A stretch of 56,056 bases of DNA from a virus (IMGVR_UViG_3300036845_000136:1-56056); one strand, 5' to 3'; positions 1 to 9,089 are shown, numbered from the stretch's first letter. Translations and numbers: made by a program. Notes: generated by a model not told the origin, from the letters alone.

Positions 1-65
1 TGCGGGCTGGTTGCGTGGTATGCAGAATGCATTGTTAAGCGGATGAGCTTCACCGGAGAGGGGCC

Positions 66-395
66 ATGCTGATGGCCAAAACCAACACGTTCGTCGTCAT
101 GCTTCAGATCACGACCGACGATCCACGGTTATCGGAAACACGCCTTATCGAGGCTTTGCACAGCGGCAAGGCGGAGGGCTTCGCCGCCGCCCGCACAGCG
201 GTGATGCAGCGATTACCCGAGGACGTCACGCGGCTGATCGCTGTCATGCCGGTCGAGCAAGCCCGGCTGCTGATGATGCTTCACGAGAGCGTTGGCTCGG
301 ACATAGCTGGATATCTTCGCAAAGCCGGTTTCGAGGTCGAAGACCCGGAGTTCCGCCGTCCGCCGCCGGACTACATCCCGCCCGGCGGCCGGTGA
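66..395 (+). CDS. hypothetical phage protein
   Basis: 109-aa ORF with purine-rich SD-like sequence upstream; stop overlaps the next start (GTGA). Confidence 0.6.
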   Translation: MLMAKTNTFVVMLQITTDDPRLSETRLIEALHSGKAEGFAAARTAVMQRLPEDVTRLIAVMPVEQARLLMMLHESVGSDIAGYLRKAGFEVEDPEFRRPPPDYIPPGGR

Positions 396-694
396 GCGAG
401 GTATGGGTTATGGCGATGATCGAGGGCACTGACACGGTCGAGTTGATGCGCGTAGTCCTGGAGGGCCGTGATCCGTCCGGACTTTTCCTGCGCAGCTTCG
501 ACCCGGACGCCTATCGCGGGCGCGGCTCAATCGTCACCACGCGGCTGATCGAGGAGGCCCAGCGGTTCGACAGCTTCCTCGCCGTTATGGAGGAATGGAA
601 GCGCCAGAGCACCCGGAGACCGCTGCGACCGGACGGTGAGCCGAACCGGCCGTTGACGGCGTGGAGCATCGAGCCGCGGAAGATCCGCCCATGA
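392..694 (+). CDS. hypothetical phage protein
   Basis: 100-aa ORF coupled to both neighbours by 4-bp overlaps. Confidence 0.6.
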   Translation: MSEVWVMAMIEGTDTVELMRVVLEGRDPSGLFLRSFDPDAYRGRGSIVTTRLIEEAQRFDSFLAVMEEWKRQSTRRPLRPDGEPNRPLTAWSIEPRKIRP

Positions 695-909
695 GCTTCA
701 CCGGAGACGACCTGCAAGCCCTGCGCGGCCTGAACCTGCGCGAGCCGCGTGTGCAGCAAGCGCTGGCCGGTTTCACGCTCCGCTGGATGGGCGAGGTCAA
801 CGGTGGCGCGGTGTCCGCCCACGACGTGCGTGACATGCTTGAGCAGTTCGTCGTCGCGATCGACGAGAAGCTGGATGACGCCATCGGCGTGATAGGTCGG
901 AGACAGTAA
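691..909 (+). CDS. hypothetical protein
   Basis: ATG at 691 overlaps the upstream TGA (ATGA); MSFTGDDLQ... Confidence 0.55.
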   Translation: MSFTGDDLQALRGLNLREPRVQQALAGFTLRWMGEVNGGAVSAHDVRDMLEQFVVAIDEKLDDAIGVIGRRQ

Positions 910-1042
910 TGGCGCTGCGGGGGATGATCGACGGAAAGCCGGTGGAGCACCTCTCGAACGACGAGGCCGAAGACGCCGACATCAATGGTGCCCGATGAAG
1001 CTCTGCATCCCGTGCGCCATGCAATACGTGAGGTCGAACTGA

Positions 1043-1288
1043 ATGATCAAAGCCACCGGCATGTTCAAGGGCCGCAAGACGCTGTTCGTCGGGCTCTCTT
1101 TCGCCAACCTGGACAAGCTGCTCGAGGCGCCGCTGGACAGCTTCATCAAGATAGACGGGCCGGAGACCGGGCTGCCGTTCGACGTGCTGATCTTCAGCGG
1201 GAGGAGCGAGGGGCAGATGACTGAAATGCTGGCCGAAGGCATCGGCCCCGACACCAAGGTCCACATCACCGACAGGCTCAAGCAGTAA
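1043..1288 (+). CDS. hypothetical protein
   Basis: 81-aa ORF with GC3-rich codons; TAATG coupling to the next gene. Confidence 0.6.
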   Translation: MIKATGMFKGRKTLFVGLSFANLDKLLEAPLDSFIKIDGPETGLPFDVLIFSGRSEGQMTEMLAEGIGPDTKVHITDRLKQ

Positions 1289-1567
1289 TGGCACTAGGCG
1301 CTGTCACGCTTCGCATTTACGCCAGCGCGCAGGCGTCGTTCTCGGCCTGGTGCGAGGAGCGCAATATCGAATTTCCGGCGCCGTATGCTGATGTCGCGCG
1401 ATATCTGGGGACGGTCAAAAGCCGCAGTTCGGTGCCGGTTCATGTGGCCGCGATCGGGGCGCTTTATCGCCGGCATGACATTCCATTCGACATTAAATCC
1501 AAGGTGCTACAGCGGGTTATTGCGCAAGCGAGAGCTCGTGACAGGTTCAAGCAGTAATGGCGCTCGG
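1271..1567 (+). repeat. 28-bp imperfect direct repeats (1271-1298 and 1540-1567) flanking the 1288-1557 gene
   Basis: GACAGGCTCAAGCAGTAATGGCACTAGG vs GACAGGTTCAAGCAGTAATGGCGCTCGG, 25/28 identical. Confidence 0.85.
1288..1557 (+). CDS. stand-alone domain resembling the N-terminal core-binding (SAM-like) domain of Cre-type tyrosine recombinases
   Basis: TLRIYASAQASFSAWC...PAPYADVARYL...SSVPVHVAAI..YR pattern; no catalytic domain follows. Confidence 0.5.
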   Translation: MALGAVTLRIYASAQASFSAWCEERNIEFPAPYADVARYLGTVKSRSSVPVHVAAIGALYRRHDIPFDIKSKVLQRVIAQARARDRFKQ

Positions 1568-1763
1568 TCCCGGCAAGTATGACCGCCTCGCCACTATCGT
1601 CCGGGAGGAGTCCGGGGCCGACGCGGTGATCGTGCTCGTGCTCGGCGGCAAAATGGGCTCTGGGTTCTCGGTGCAGAGCCGGGGAGTGGACCTAACCGCG
1701 ATGTTGCCGGGCATGCTGCGCAAGATCGCCGACGACATCGAGAAGGACACCAGCAAGGAATGA
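1557..1763 (+). CDS. hypothetical protein
   Basis: 68-aa ORF, TAATG coupled. Confidence 0.6.
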   Translation: MALGPGKYDRLATIVREESGADAVIVLVLGGKMGSGFSVQSRGVDLTAMLPGMLRKIADDIEKDTSKE

Positions 1764-1773
1764 AAGGGTAATC

Positions 1774-2916
1774 ATGAGCATCATCACGGTCGGTCCGACT
1801 GGCGATTTCCAGACCATCCACGACGCGGTCGCCGCCGCACAACCCGGCGACACGATCGACGTGCAGGCCGGGACGTATACCGATGATTTCACGACAATCC
1901 GCAATTCGCTGATCCTCCAGGCGGTCAACGGTGAGGTCGTCATGGTGGCGACGACGCAGCCGCCAGACGGCAAGGCGATGATCACCGAAGGCGCGCCCGG
2001 CATCAGCGTCGCCATAAACGGCTTCGATATCTCGGGCGTCACCGTGCCGGACAGCAACGGTGCCGCGATCCGCTATGAGGGCGGCGCGCTATCCCTCTCA
2101 AATGACTACATTCACGACAATCAGGACGGCCTGCTTGGCGCGCCCGATCCGAACGGCTCGATCGCGATCGACAACTCGGAGTTCGCCTTCAACGGCGATG
2201 GATCAGGCTCGACGCACAACCTGTACATCGGCGCGATCGCGGATTTCAGCATCACCAACAGCTACATCCACGACGCCATCGTCGGCCACGAGATCAAGAG
2301 CCGCGCCGAGAACAACACCATCACCGGCGACCGCATCTTCGACAACAACGGCAGCGCAAGCTACAGCATCGACCTGCCGAACGGCGGCAATGCCAACATC
2401 TCGAACGACCAGATCGAGCAAGGGGCGAACACCCAGAACCCGTTCATCATCGCGTATGGGGAGGAGGGCGCCAGCAACCCCGGCACGTCGGTCTCGATCG
2501 CCAGCAACACCATCGTCAACGACGATCCTCGCGGCGGTTTCGCGCTCGATCCGCCGGGGACGCCCTTGGGCCTCACCAACAACAGCGTGTTCGGCCTGAC
2601 CGCGTCGCAGCTACCGGCCGATGCCTCGGGCACTGTGCTACTGTCCTCCAGGCCGTCGCTCGACACCAGCCAGATGACGTTCGTCAACCCGACGACGACC
2701 GGCGATCCTCCACCGCCGCCCCCCCCTCCGCCGCCGCCTGTGCTGACGCTGGACGATTACCATGCTCAAGTTATCAACGACTTCGTGGCATATTACGGCA
2801 CGCACCCAGAAGTCGCGTCCGATATCAACGCGCTCAACGTGTTCTATGGGGAAGTACTCTCCGCGACGGTCCCGACAATGCCGGTTCCAGGCGATCTGTG
2901 GTCGCACACGCCGTGA
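1774..2916 (+). CDS. right-handed parallel beta-helix (pectin lyase-like) protein
   Basis: TIHDAVAAAQPGDTIDVQAGTY cap, Asn-rich repeats (IHDN, NSYIHD, NNTITG), HEIKSRA motif, poly-Pro linker near the C-terminus. Confidence 0.8.
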   Translation: MSIITVGPTGDFQTIHDAVAAAQPGDTIDVQAGTYTDDFTTIRNSLILQAVNGEVVMVATTQPPDGKAMITEGAPGISVAINGFDISGVTVPDSNGAAIRYEGGALSLSNDYIHDNQDGLLGAPDPNGSIAIDNSEFAFNGDGSGSTHNLYIGAIADFSITNSYIHDAIVGHEIKSRAENNTITGDRIFDNNGSASYSIDLPNGGNANISNDQIEQGANTQNPFIIAYGEEGASNPGTSVSIASNTIVNDDPRGGFALDPPGTPLGLTNNSVFGLTASQLPADASGTVLLSSRPSLDTSQMTFVNPTTTGDPPPPPPPPPPPVLTLDDYHAQVINDFVAYYGTHPEVASDINALNVFYGEVLSATVPTMPVPGDLWSHTP

Positions 2917-3071
2917 GCCGCTACGTGTGTCCGCGCTGCGGCGCCGTCAGCCACCATCCGAAAGATGCGGAGTTTCGCTTCTGCGGGAGGTGCCACCGGT
3001 TTGAGGACGACCCGGAGCCGTTTGACGCCCAGGACGTGATTGACGGCAAGGGGCTGGATCGCTTTGGATAA
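2913..3071 (+). CDS. small zinc-finger protein (52 aa, not in ORF track)
   Basis: GTG overlaps the upstream TGA; YVCPRCG...FCGRCHRF gives two CxxC motifs. Confidence 0.6.
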   Translation: MSRYVCPRCGAVSHHPKDAEFRFCGRCHRFEDDPEPFDAQDVIDGKGLDRFG

Positions 3072-3081
3072 GCGTCTGCAA

Positions 3082-3336
3082 ATGACGCCCGGCTACTGGA
3101 TGCACGAGACCTCGGGCGTGTTGCGGCCCGCCGTCGAGGCGTTCCTTACGGGCATGCCCATGACCGAGGAGCAGATCGCCGCGATGCGCGCCTACCTGCG
3201 ACAGTGGATCAACGCGCCAGCGTGGCGCGGTCCCGAGATTGAAAATCTGCGGTCAATGGTGCCCGGTATCACCAGTCGGGACCGGCTCGATTTCTGGCTG
3301 AACGAAGCGCTGGCCTGCGGGATCGATCCGCTATGA
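3082..3336 (+). CDS. hypothetical protein
   Basis: MTPGYWMHETSGVL...; in frame with track ORF 3040-3336; start uncertain. Confidence 0.55.
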   Translation: MTPGYWMHETSGVLRPAVEAFLTGMPMTEEQIAAMRAYLRQWINAPAWRGPEIENLRSMVPGITSRDRLDFWLNEALACGIDPL

Positions 3337-3509
3337 CCAAAGCCGAACTCATCGAGCAGATGGAGGCGGCGGTCAAAGCGCTGGAGCCGCCGTTCCTGGC
3401 ACTCCCGGAGTTGGGTCAGACCGCAGAGCAGATGGCCTACCGCCGAGGCGTCAGGGACGCTTACCGCGCCGCGCTGGAGGCGATTGCGGAGCTACCCGAC
3501 GAGCGGTAA
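3333..3509 (+). CDS. hypothetical protein (58 aa)
   Basis: ATGA overlap with the upstream gene; MTKAELIEQMEAAVKAL... Confidence 0.5.
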   Translation: MTKAELIEQMEAAVKALEPPFLALPELGQTAEQMAYRRGVRDAYRAALEAIAELPDER

Positions 3510-3560
3510 AACTGCGCCACATCGCCTCGCGTTCCTCCTTTCGAATGGCGCAGAGCCGCA

Positions 3561-3821
3561 TTAGCGCGTAAGGATCGTCTCCACCGAGTATTCCGACATG
3601 TAGGGCACGATTGGCATATCGTCTGTGAAGGTCAGTTCGCCACGTCGCTCTATTTCGTTCAGCAGGATGTCCGTGGCGTGCTGCGTCAGCGTTATCAGAT
3701 GAAGCAATCTGTCGAGGTCAAAGACCGACACATCGCCGCCGAGCAGATCCGCTGTAGCGGTCTTCAGTACGTCCTCGGTCATCTGCATCGCCATAGCCTT
3801 TCGTGACCTGACAAAGTGCAC
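3561..3821 (-). CDS. hypothetical protein
   Basis: 86-aa ORF, last gene of the leftward block; start uncertain. Confidence 0.45.
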   Translation of the reverse strand: MHFVRSRKAMAMQMTEDVLKTATADLLGGDVSVFDLDRLLHLITLTQHATDILLNEIERRGELTFTDDMPIVPYMSEYSVETILTR

Positions 3822-3979
3822 GGTCGTGGGCGAAAATGCCGGTTATCGGACGGAACCACCTTGTAACTTTTCGCTGCCCGATTTGTGGCCAATACCGCTT
3901 ACCACGCCTTAATCAGACCGTGCACTTTGCACGCCACAATCAACGCATAGCGCCGGTCGACCATCAGCCATACCAACGC

Positions 3980-4204
3980 CTAGTGCCGCCGCCGCACGAT
4001 CGTGGCGCGCCAACCCAACCGTGCAAAGCCCTGGCGCAGCTTGTCAGACCGCTGGCCCATCAGATGGCGCAGGATCGGCGCGGCGAACACCACCCGGTCG
4101 GTCGCCCGATCGATCAGCAGCCCGGCACAGAACGGCCGCGGCCCGTCGCACACCACGCGCACCAGGATGCCGTCGCAGTATTGCTCGCCAGGTGTCATAC
4201 CCAC
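3980..4204 (-). CDS. hypothetical protein
   Basis: GGAGG SD upstream; co-oriented with neighbours. Confidence 0.5.
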   Translation of the reverse strand: MGMTPGEQYCDGILVRVVCDGPRPFCAGLLIDRATDRVVFAAPILRHLMGQRSDKLRQGFARLGWRATIVRRRH

Positions 4205-4306
4205 ACCTCCTCAATCTCAGGCACGTCGTTCGGGTCGCGCGCCAGCCGCACCACTCCAGGCGGCAGCAGCGCGCGCAGCTCCTCCTGCGTCGTCTGGGAT
4301 TTTCCG

Positions 4307-4504
4307 TCAGACACCTTCACGCCCCCTCTCCCAAGCTTCGATCAAAGCCATATCAATGACGGTGGCTAACTCACACGGCTCTGCTATGTGATTATTCTCC
4401 CAATCCGCCACGATCTTTTGCCCTTCGGTCAGCGGTTCGGTTTGCGCGGTCTTGTCCCTAGCTAGGGTATAGGGGTTGGTCGTTCCGTCTTTTCCTTCAG
4501 CCAC
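4307..4504 (-). CDS. hypothetical protein
   Basis: 65-aa ORF with GGAGGG upstream. Confidence 0.45.
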   Translation of the reverse strand: MAEGKDGTTNPYTLARDKTAQTEPLTEGQKIVADWENNHIAEPCELATVIDMALIEAWERGREGV

Positions 4505-4531
4505 GGCTTTCCCTCCGGTATCTCCAGGGCG

Positions 4532-4795
4532 TCACGGCTCCCACTCTTCCTTTGTGATGCCAGGGTACTCGCGCCGGAATCGCTCATGCAGCGCCAGCAC
4601 GTGGTCCTCGCGCACCGGCAGTTCTGGCAGCGCCCCGAGCAGCCGTGAGGTGCCGGGGATCGCGTGGGTGCAGATATCCAGCGCCTCGGCCAGCGAGTAA
4701 CGGCCGGCGTCGCCCAGGCTGCGGACATAACCGGAGCGCAGCGGGCCCCACCAAGCCCCGTGTTCGACACTAAATACGAGATACCACTCGCTCAT
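4532..4795 (-). CDS. hypothetical phage protein
   Basis: MSEWYLVFSVEHGAWWGP..GY...AGRYS pattern; ATGA overlap with the upstream gene. Confidence 0.6.
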   Translation of the reverse strand: MSEWYLVFSVEHGAWWGPLRSGYVRSLGDAGRYSLAEALDICTHAIPGTSRLLGALPELPVREDHVLALHERFRREYPGITKEEWEP

Positions 4796-5130
4796 CGCCA
4801 CACCTTCTCGATTTCCGCCCGCGTCTCGCGGGCGATCTGGCGCAATGCCGGCCCCGGCCGCGACCAGTCAGGACGTTCTGGCGGCGGCGGGGGCGGCTTA
4901 AATTCAGGTGGTGATGGAGGCGGCACGATGAACGCCGGGCAGGCATTGTGTAGGATGTGCCGGATCGCCTGATGGACGAGGCCCTCGCGGGCGGCGATCG
5001 TGGCGATAGTGTCGCGCTTCTCGCCGATCAGCATGGCGTAGCGGATCGCACGTAGGCGCCGGGCGGCGCGCCTGCGCTCAATGTCCTGGCGCTCCGGTGT
5101 CATTCGATGCAGGTCTGTCGATCTTGCCAT
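4792..5130 (-). CDS. hypothetical protein, possible HTH
   Basis: TIATIAAREGLVHQAIRHIL is HTH-like; followed by a Pro-rich segment. Confidence 0.45.
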   Translation of the reverse strand: MARSTDLHRMTPERQDIERRRAARRLRAIRYAMLIGEKRDTIATIAAREGLVHQAIRHILHNACPAFIVPPPSPPEFKPPPPPPERPDWSRPGPALRQIARETRAEIEKVWR

Positions 5131-5278
5131 TGACGGTCACCCCGATGTCGCCGATCTGCGTCTTTTGTGTCCGGCAGTCTATTTTAGACACAACCTGTTG
5201 ACGCTGGCATAGTGCACGGTCTAGCGTCCGCACTATTGTCGAAGGATTCCGCGCTTCAGGCGCAACATCCGAGTCAGG

Positions 5279-5593
5279 TCATTGGCGCGCGTTCTCCCAG
5301 CCATAAAGCCAACGGCGGTGCGGCACCCCTCCGTCGTAGGTCAACTCATACCGATTGGCACCCCTCGGAAGTCCGGTCTCAAAGTCAGCAGCGCCCTCCC
5401 GCATGTATCGATCTTCAAACCCGGGATAGTCGTGCTCGTAAACGAGATAGCGGACCGCCTCCATCTCCTCCGCCGTGACCTCGTGTCCAACGGGCACGCG
5501 CCACCAGTTCGCCAACAAACGCCGCCATCCAGCCGCTCGCAGATAGGCGCACGCGTCACCCTCGCTGAGCCACACCCGACTCGTCTCGCTCAT
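5279..5593 (-). CDS. hypothetical protein
   Basis: 104-aa ORF tightly packed in the leftward operon. Confidence 0.5.
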   Translation of the reverse strand: MSETSRVWLSEGDACAYLRAAGWRRLLANWWRVPVGHEVTAEEMEAVRYLVYEHDYPGFEDRYMREGAADFETGLPRGANRYELTYDGGVPHRRWLYGWENARQ

Positions 5594-5596
5594 CGC

Positions 5597-5803
5597 TCAG
5601 CCCTCCATCCGGGCGTGCCAATCGGCCAGCACAGCCTCCGCCAACGACTGCTTGATCTGCGTCAGTGTGTCGTCGTCCGCGCCCTCAGCACCGTCGGGCA
5701 GTTCGCTAACCGCAATCGCAAGCTTGTGGTAAAACATGGCGTTCAGCGCCGCGAGGTCGAAATCGCTGTAGCCGGCGGTGTTGTCGGGGGTGAATTGATC
5801 CAT
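5597..5803 (-). CDS. hypothetical protein
   Basis: 68-aa ORF, GGAG SD, 5 bp downstream of the previous stop. Confidence 0.55.
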   Translation of the reverse strand: MDQFTPDNTAGYSDFDLAALNAMFYHKLAIAVSELPDGAEGADDDTLTQIKQSLAEAVLADWHARMEG

Positions 5804-5808
5804 GGTCG

Positions 5809-6816
5809 TTACTCCGTTCCTTTCGTTGTGTAGTGCGAGCGCTGCGACTTGAACGAAGCGCGCTGATCGTCGGGCACTCCGACTAAAGTATCGCGGATAA
5901 AAATGCTTCGTCCTGTGGCGTAGACTCTAGGATGCCCGCGCCGTATGTGGGGCGTCGGGCTGGCATGATGGCCGCCGCGATCCTCGCCACCGCTACTACG
6001 CCGCGCCAGTAACGCTGTGACATACGGCTGTGTATTCACCCGATCGAACGGCGGGATCGGCCGTTTGCCCGACTTCAGCCGCGCCTTGGCCAGCTTCGGT
6101 GGGCAGGCGATGGTCTCCCGATCGACACCGCGCGTGTTCAAGATCAGCAGCGCCGTCATCAGCGGATCGCCGATGTTGCCGGCCGCGGCACTCTCTGGCG
6201 AACCGCCGTTGTTGAACTCTGCGCCGTAGGGCTCAAGCAGAAAGCGCAGCATCGAAGGCGCCACGATCGCCTTGTATTTGTGCGTCGGCATCGCGTCGCC
6301 CGGCTGCGGCCTACAGAAAATGCCTCGATCAGCGATCATTAGGATGCGCCTGCCACCGAGCAGGACCGGCTGTAGCTCGCAGACCTCGGCGTCACCGTTC
6401 GCCATCGGGTTGACCAGATAGATGGCCACCGCCTTTTCCCAGGTGTGATAGAGCACCCACGGATCTTGGAACGGCTGGCCCAGGGCACTCTGGTTGAACA
6501 GGGGGCCGCCGCGCGAGCCGCCGAGCTTCAATGCGTCATTCGGCAGATCGCCGAAGTCGATCATGCGCCCGGCGGTCACCGCCTCATGGCATAGTTCCGA
6601 CGTCACCTCGACCTCGCGTTGCGTCGGCGCAAATTCCTTGGCCAGGGGCTCGAGCGGCAAGCTCTCGCTGAAGTCAGGCCCGGTCACCAGGAAATCGAGG
6701 ATTACGTCGCGCACCTGCGACGGGGTGGGCCGCCATTCGCCGATCGCGGTGGCGTCCGCCTCGATCCCGTGCCGGCCGTCGGGGAGCGCACGCGGCGTTT
6801 CGGAGAAGGTGTTCAT
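5809..6816 (-). CDS. conserved phage protein of unknown function
   Basis: 335 aa; C-terminal HASPTPHIRRGHPR motif of the kind common in phage accessory proteins. Confidence 0.7.
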   Translation of the reverse strand: MNTFSETPRALPDGRHGIEADATAIGEWRPTPSQVRDVILDFLVTGPDFSESLPLEPLAKEFAPTQREVEVTSELCHEAVTAGRMIDFGDLPNDALKLGGSRGGPLFNQSALGQPFQDPWVLYHTWEKAVAIYLVNPMANGDAEVCELQPVLLGGRRILMIADRGIFCRPQPGDAMPTHKYKAIVAPSMLRFLLEPYGAEFNNGGSPESAAAGNIGDPLMTALLILNTRGVDRETIACPPKLAKARLKSGKRPIPPFDRVNTQPYVTALLARRSSGGEDRGGHHASPTPHIRRGHPRVYATGRSIFIRDTLVGVPDDQRASFKSQRSHYTTKGTE

Positions 6817-7034
6817 GCCGCCTGCCTCCGCTGATCGAGCACCGCGATGTTGTGGCTGCGGATTTCCGCCAGCAGCCGGTCATAGAGCGCCTTGTAGGGG
6901 GAGGCGGCGAAGCCCTCGGCCTCGGCCTCGCCCTCGTCCTCGTCCTCGATGTCCATCATGTGCCGCCGCCGGTCCTCCAGCAGCCCGAACACAAGGCTGG
7001 CCTCGCGCAGGGTGAGGGTGAATCGCTCGGCCAT
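6813..7034 (-). CDS. hypothetical protein
   Basis: 73 aa, coupled to both neighbours. Confidence 0.55.
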   Translation of the reverse strand: MAERFTLTLREASLVFGLLEDRRRHMMDIEDEDEGEAEAEGFAASPYKALYDRLLAEIRSHNIAVLDQRRQAA

Positions 7035-7243
7035 CAGACCAGCCTCCCTTCGGCGGCTTGCTTGGCGCGATAGTCGACCAGCGCTTGCTTGGCTTTGGCC
7101 TCGGTCATCTCCACCGCTGATCCAAGCTCGATCAGGTCGCCGTAGAGATCAGTGCCTTTCCACGCCACGGTCTCGCCGTTCTGCATCCTGATCGGATAGA
7201 CCACGGCGAACTTGACGTCGTTCCAGTTGGCCTTTGCCATCAC
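7034..7243 (-). CDS. hypothetical protein
   Basis: 69 aa, coupled to both neighbours. Confidence 0.55.
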   Translation of the reverse strand: MMAKANWNDVKFAVVYPIRMQNGETVAWKGTDLYGDLIELGSAVEMTEAKAKQALVDYRAKQAAEGRLV

Positions 7244-7458
7244 GCGGCCTCCGAGCAGATCAGCGCGATCTTGTACCTGTTATACGCCATGTTCGTCTTG
7301 ATCTGCTTGACGCTCTGCTTGCCGGTGCCCTTGCAGGAGAAGCAGGGGCCGGACTTCTCGCACTGGCCGTTGACCACGGCGCCCCAGCCATAGACGCCAC
7401 TGCCCGAGCACTTCTCGCATTGGCCGGGCTTCGCGTTAGGGACACTCAAATCAAACAT
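7240..7458 (-). CDS. small DnaJ-like CxxCxGxG zinc-finger protein
   Basis: CEKCSGSG and CFSCKGTG; ATG at 7458 follows GAGGAA. Confidence 0.7.
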   Translation of the reverse strand: MFDLSVPNAKPGQCEKCSGSGVYGWGAVVNGQCEKSGPCFSCKGTGKQSVKQIKTNMAYNRYKIALICSEAA

Positions 7459-7467
7459 CGGTGGGGT

Positions 7468-7550
7468 TCCTCGGTGTGTGTGCAACACCAGGAATATAGG
7501 AAAAAACCGGGACGTCAGTCAAGCGATAAAACGGAAAAAATAGGGACATC
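7468..7550 (-). promoter_or_regulatory. sigma70-like promoter with two 18-bp boxes (copy 1)
   Basis: On minus strand TTGACT-N18-TATATT, then leader GTTGCACACACACCGAGGAA; boxes at 7499-7516 (variant) and 7533-7550 (GGAAAAAATAGGGACATC on +). Confidence 0.75.
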
Positions 7551-7563
7551 GTTCATTTTATCC

Positions 7564-7818
7564 CTATCGGCTTACGTTGCGGACTTTCCAGTCGATCGGC
7601 TTCGGAATGCGCTCGTGTGCCGTTGCCAGCCGGGTCAGCCATTTGACCACAAGCTTCGGCACCCCGACATCGCCTCTCGCCCAGCGGATCGGCAGGTTCT
7701 TGTCACAATCCAACTCCCGCGCGAGGCGATGCCGCGTCCAGCCGATCTGCTCGAGCACCTGATCGAGCCAGCCATCCGGTAGGTCGCTTACATGCAGTGG
7801 ACGTCCCGCTCTGGTCAT
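7564..7818 (-). CDS. XRE-like helix-turn-helix protein
   Basis: LEQIGWTRHRLARELDCDKNLPIRWARG..VP HTH pattern. Confidence 0.6.
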   Translation of the reverse strand: MTRAGRPLHVSDLPDGWLDQVLEQIGWTRHRLARELDCDKNLPIRWARGDVGVPKLVVKWLTRLATAHERIPKPIDWKVRNVSR

Positions 7819-8226
7819 TTACTTCGCCTCCAGCGCCAGCATCGCGTCGGGATCTGCGGCCGGATCAGTGGTGACCTCGCCAAGCCGATCGAACCATGAC
7901 TTATTGCGAAAGGCGCCGTGGCCCCAGCGCATCATGGTTGTCCACACCGACAGATAGGCGTCGTGGCGGTCGATCTCCTCCACAGAGTTTTTGAAGTTTG
8001 TATAGCTAATTCGCTCCACTTCATCGGCCATCGCACGCGACACGACACGGCGAGCAATGAACGCGCGATAGGCATAGTCTCGCTTCGGCGTATGCTCGAC
8101 CTTCACCGCGCCGAACACCCGCTCGATATCGCCCTCGCGTCGCGCGCGCACCAGCAAGTTGCGGGTCTTGCGCGTAGCGGTCGGTGCGACAATGCTCAGA
8201 AATGAGTCATTGCAAAACAACCACAT
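7819..8226 (-). CDS. conserved phage hypothetical protein
   Basis: ATG at 8226 overlaps the upstream TAA; MWLFCNDSFLSIV..LLVRAR..DYAYRA..YTNFKN. Confidence 0.7.
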   Translation of the reverse strand: MWLFCNDSFLSIVAPTATRKTRNLLVRARREGDIERVFGAVKVEHTPKRDYAYRAFIARRVVSRAMADEVERISYTNFKNSVEEIDRHDAYLSVWTTMMRWGHGAFRNKSWFDRLGEVTTDPAADPDAMLALEAK

Positions 8227-9089
8227 TAGTTTGTCCTCCGTTTGTAATTCTGCCGCCAAGAATCACTGCGTTTGGCATGACCTGCCTTGGTTGCGGCGCT
8301 GCGTCGTGCCTTAGCATCGGGCGTGTCGTAGTCAGGTTTTGTACGGCGTTTGATCCAGGCAACTTTTCGGCCGGCGCAGACTCTGATCTTCACCTCAGGT
8401 CTAGCGTGAGCGGCTTTAATACCCTCGCTACGACTGGTCCTGACTTCGGGGTCTGCCCAAGTGGCCGTCTGCCCAGCTATCTGTCTCGCCTTCACTTCAG
8501 GATCAGCCAGCGCCGTTTTGATTGCTTTCTTGACCTCTGGTCTATTGTGAGAAATCTTCTGCCTAGCACTGATCGAAGCTCTAACCTCAGGACTGGCTAA
8601 CGCGGCCTTTAACCCGGCGCTCTTTCGTTGAAATGCTCCAGGCTGCGCAAACGCAGCCTTCAGTAAAACGCTTTGCCGAGCTTTGAACGCAGGATCGGCG
8701 AACGCAACCTTCAGCGAAGCGCTCTTCTTCGCTCTATAAGCAGGATCGGCGACTAATCGAAGCACGAACTTAGACGTAAATCCGCGCCCGCCACCCAGTA
8801 GGTTCATGCACAACGCGTCGTCCATCACCATCTGGTCAGTGACCAACTCGGCCTCAGCCGCATAGGCGGCTGTCTCATTGGGATAGAACGCTACCACCTC
8901 GAAGGTCAGTCGCTCCGGCGCAATGTGATCCGCAATCCAATGCCCCGAACCGATGTAGCCGTCCGCTAGATCGCTGGTGGTGTGCTTCCCGCCATACCAC
9001 TCGAAGGTGTCGGGATCGTACGTCACGTAGGTGAAGTGCCACTGGCCGTTGGCATCTGGCGGCGGCGCGTCGTTCAGCATTATCCACAT
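8226..9089 (-). CDS. GIY-YIG-like homing endonuclease with repetitive basic C-terminal DNA-binding helices
   Basis: FTYVTY..WYGGKH..GYIGSG..AYAAEAEL..CMNL; repeats of A(F/L/W)ADPE/A.K/R.R.S; lower GC than flanks; ATG at 9089 overlaps the upstream TGA. Confidence 0.75.
   Translation of the reverse strand: MWIMLNDAPPPDANGQWHFTYVTYDPDTFEWYGGKHTTSDLADGYIGSGHWIADHIAPERLTFEVVAFYPNETAAYAAEAELVTDQMVMDDALCMNLLGGGRGFTSKFVLRLVADPAYRAKKSASLKVAFADPAFKARQSVLLKAAFAQPGAFQRKSAGLKAALASPEVRASISARQKISHNRPEVKKAIKTALADPEVKARQIAGQTATWADPEVRTSRSEGIKAAHARPEVKIRVCAGRKVAWIKRRTKPDYDTPDAKARRSAATKAGHAKRSDSWRQNYKRRTN

Noticed and set aside
909-1043. Two very short ORFs or a frameshifted remnant
   Set aside because: Too short (29 and 15 aa) to support a call.
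1288-1557. Functional integrase
   Set aside because: Only 89 aa and lacks the R-H-R-Y catalytic domain.
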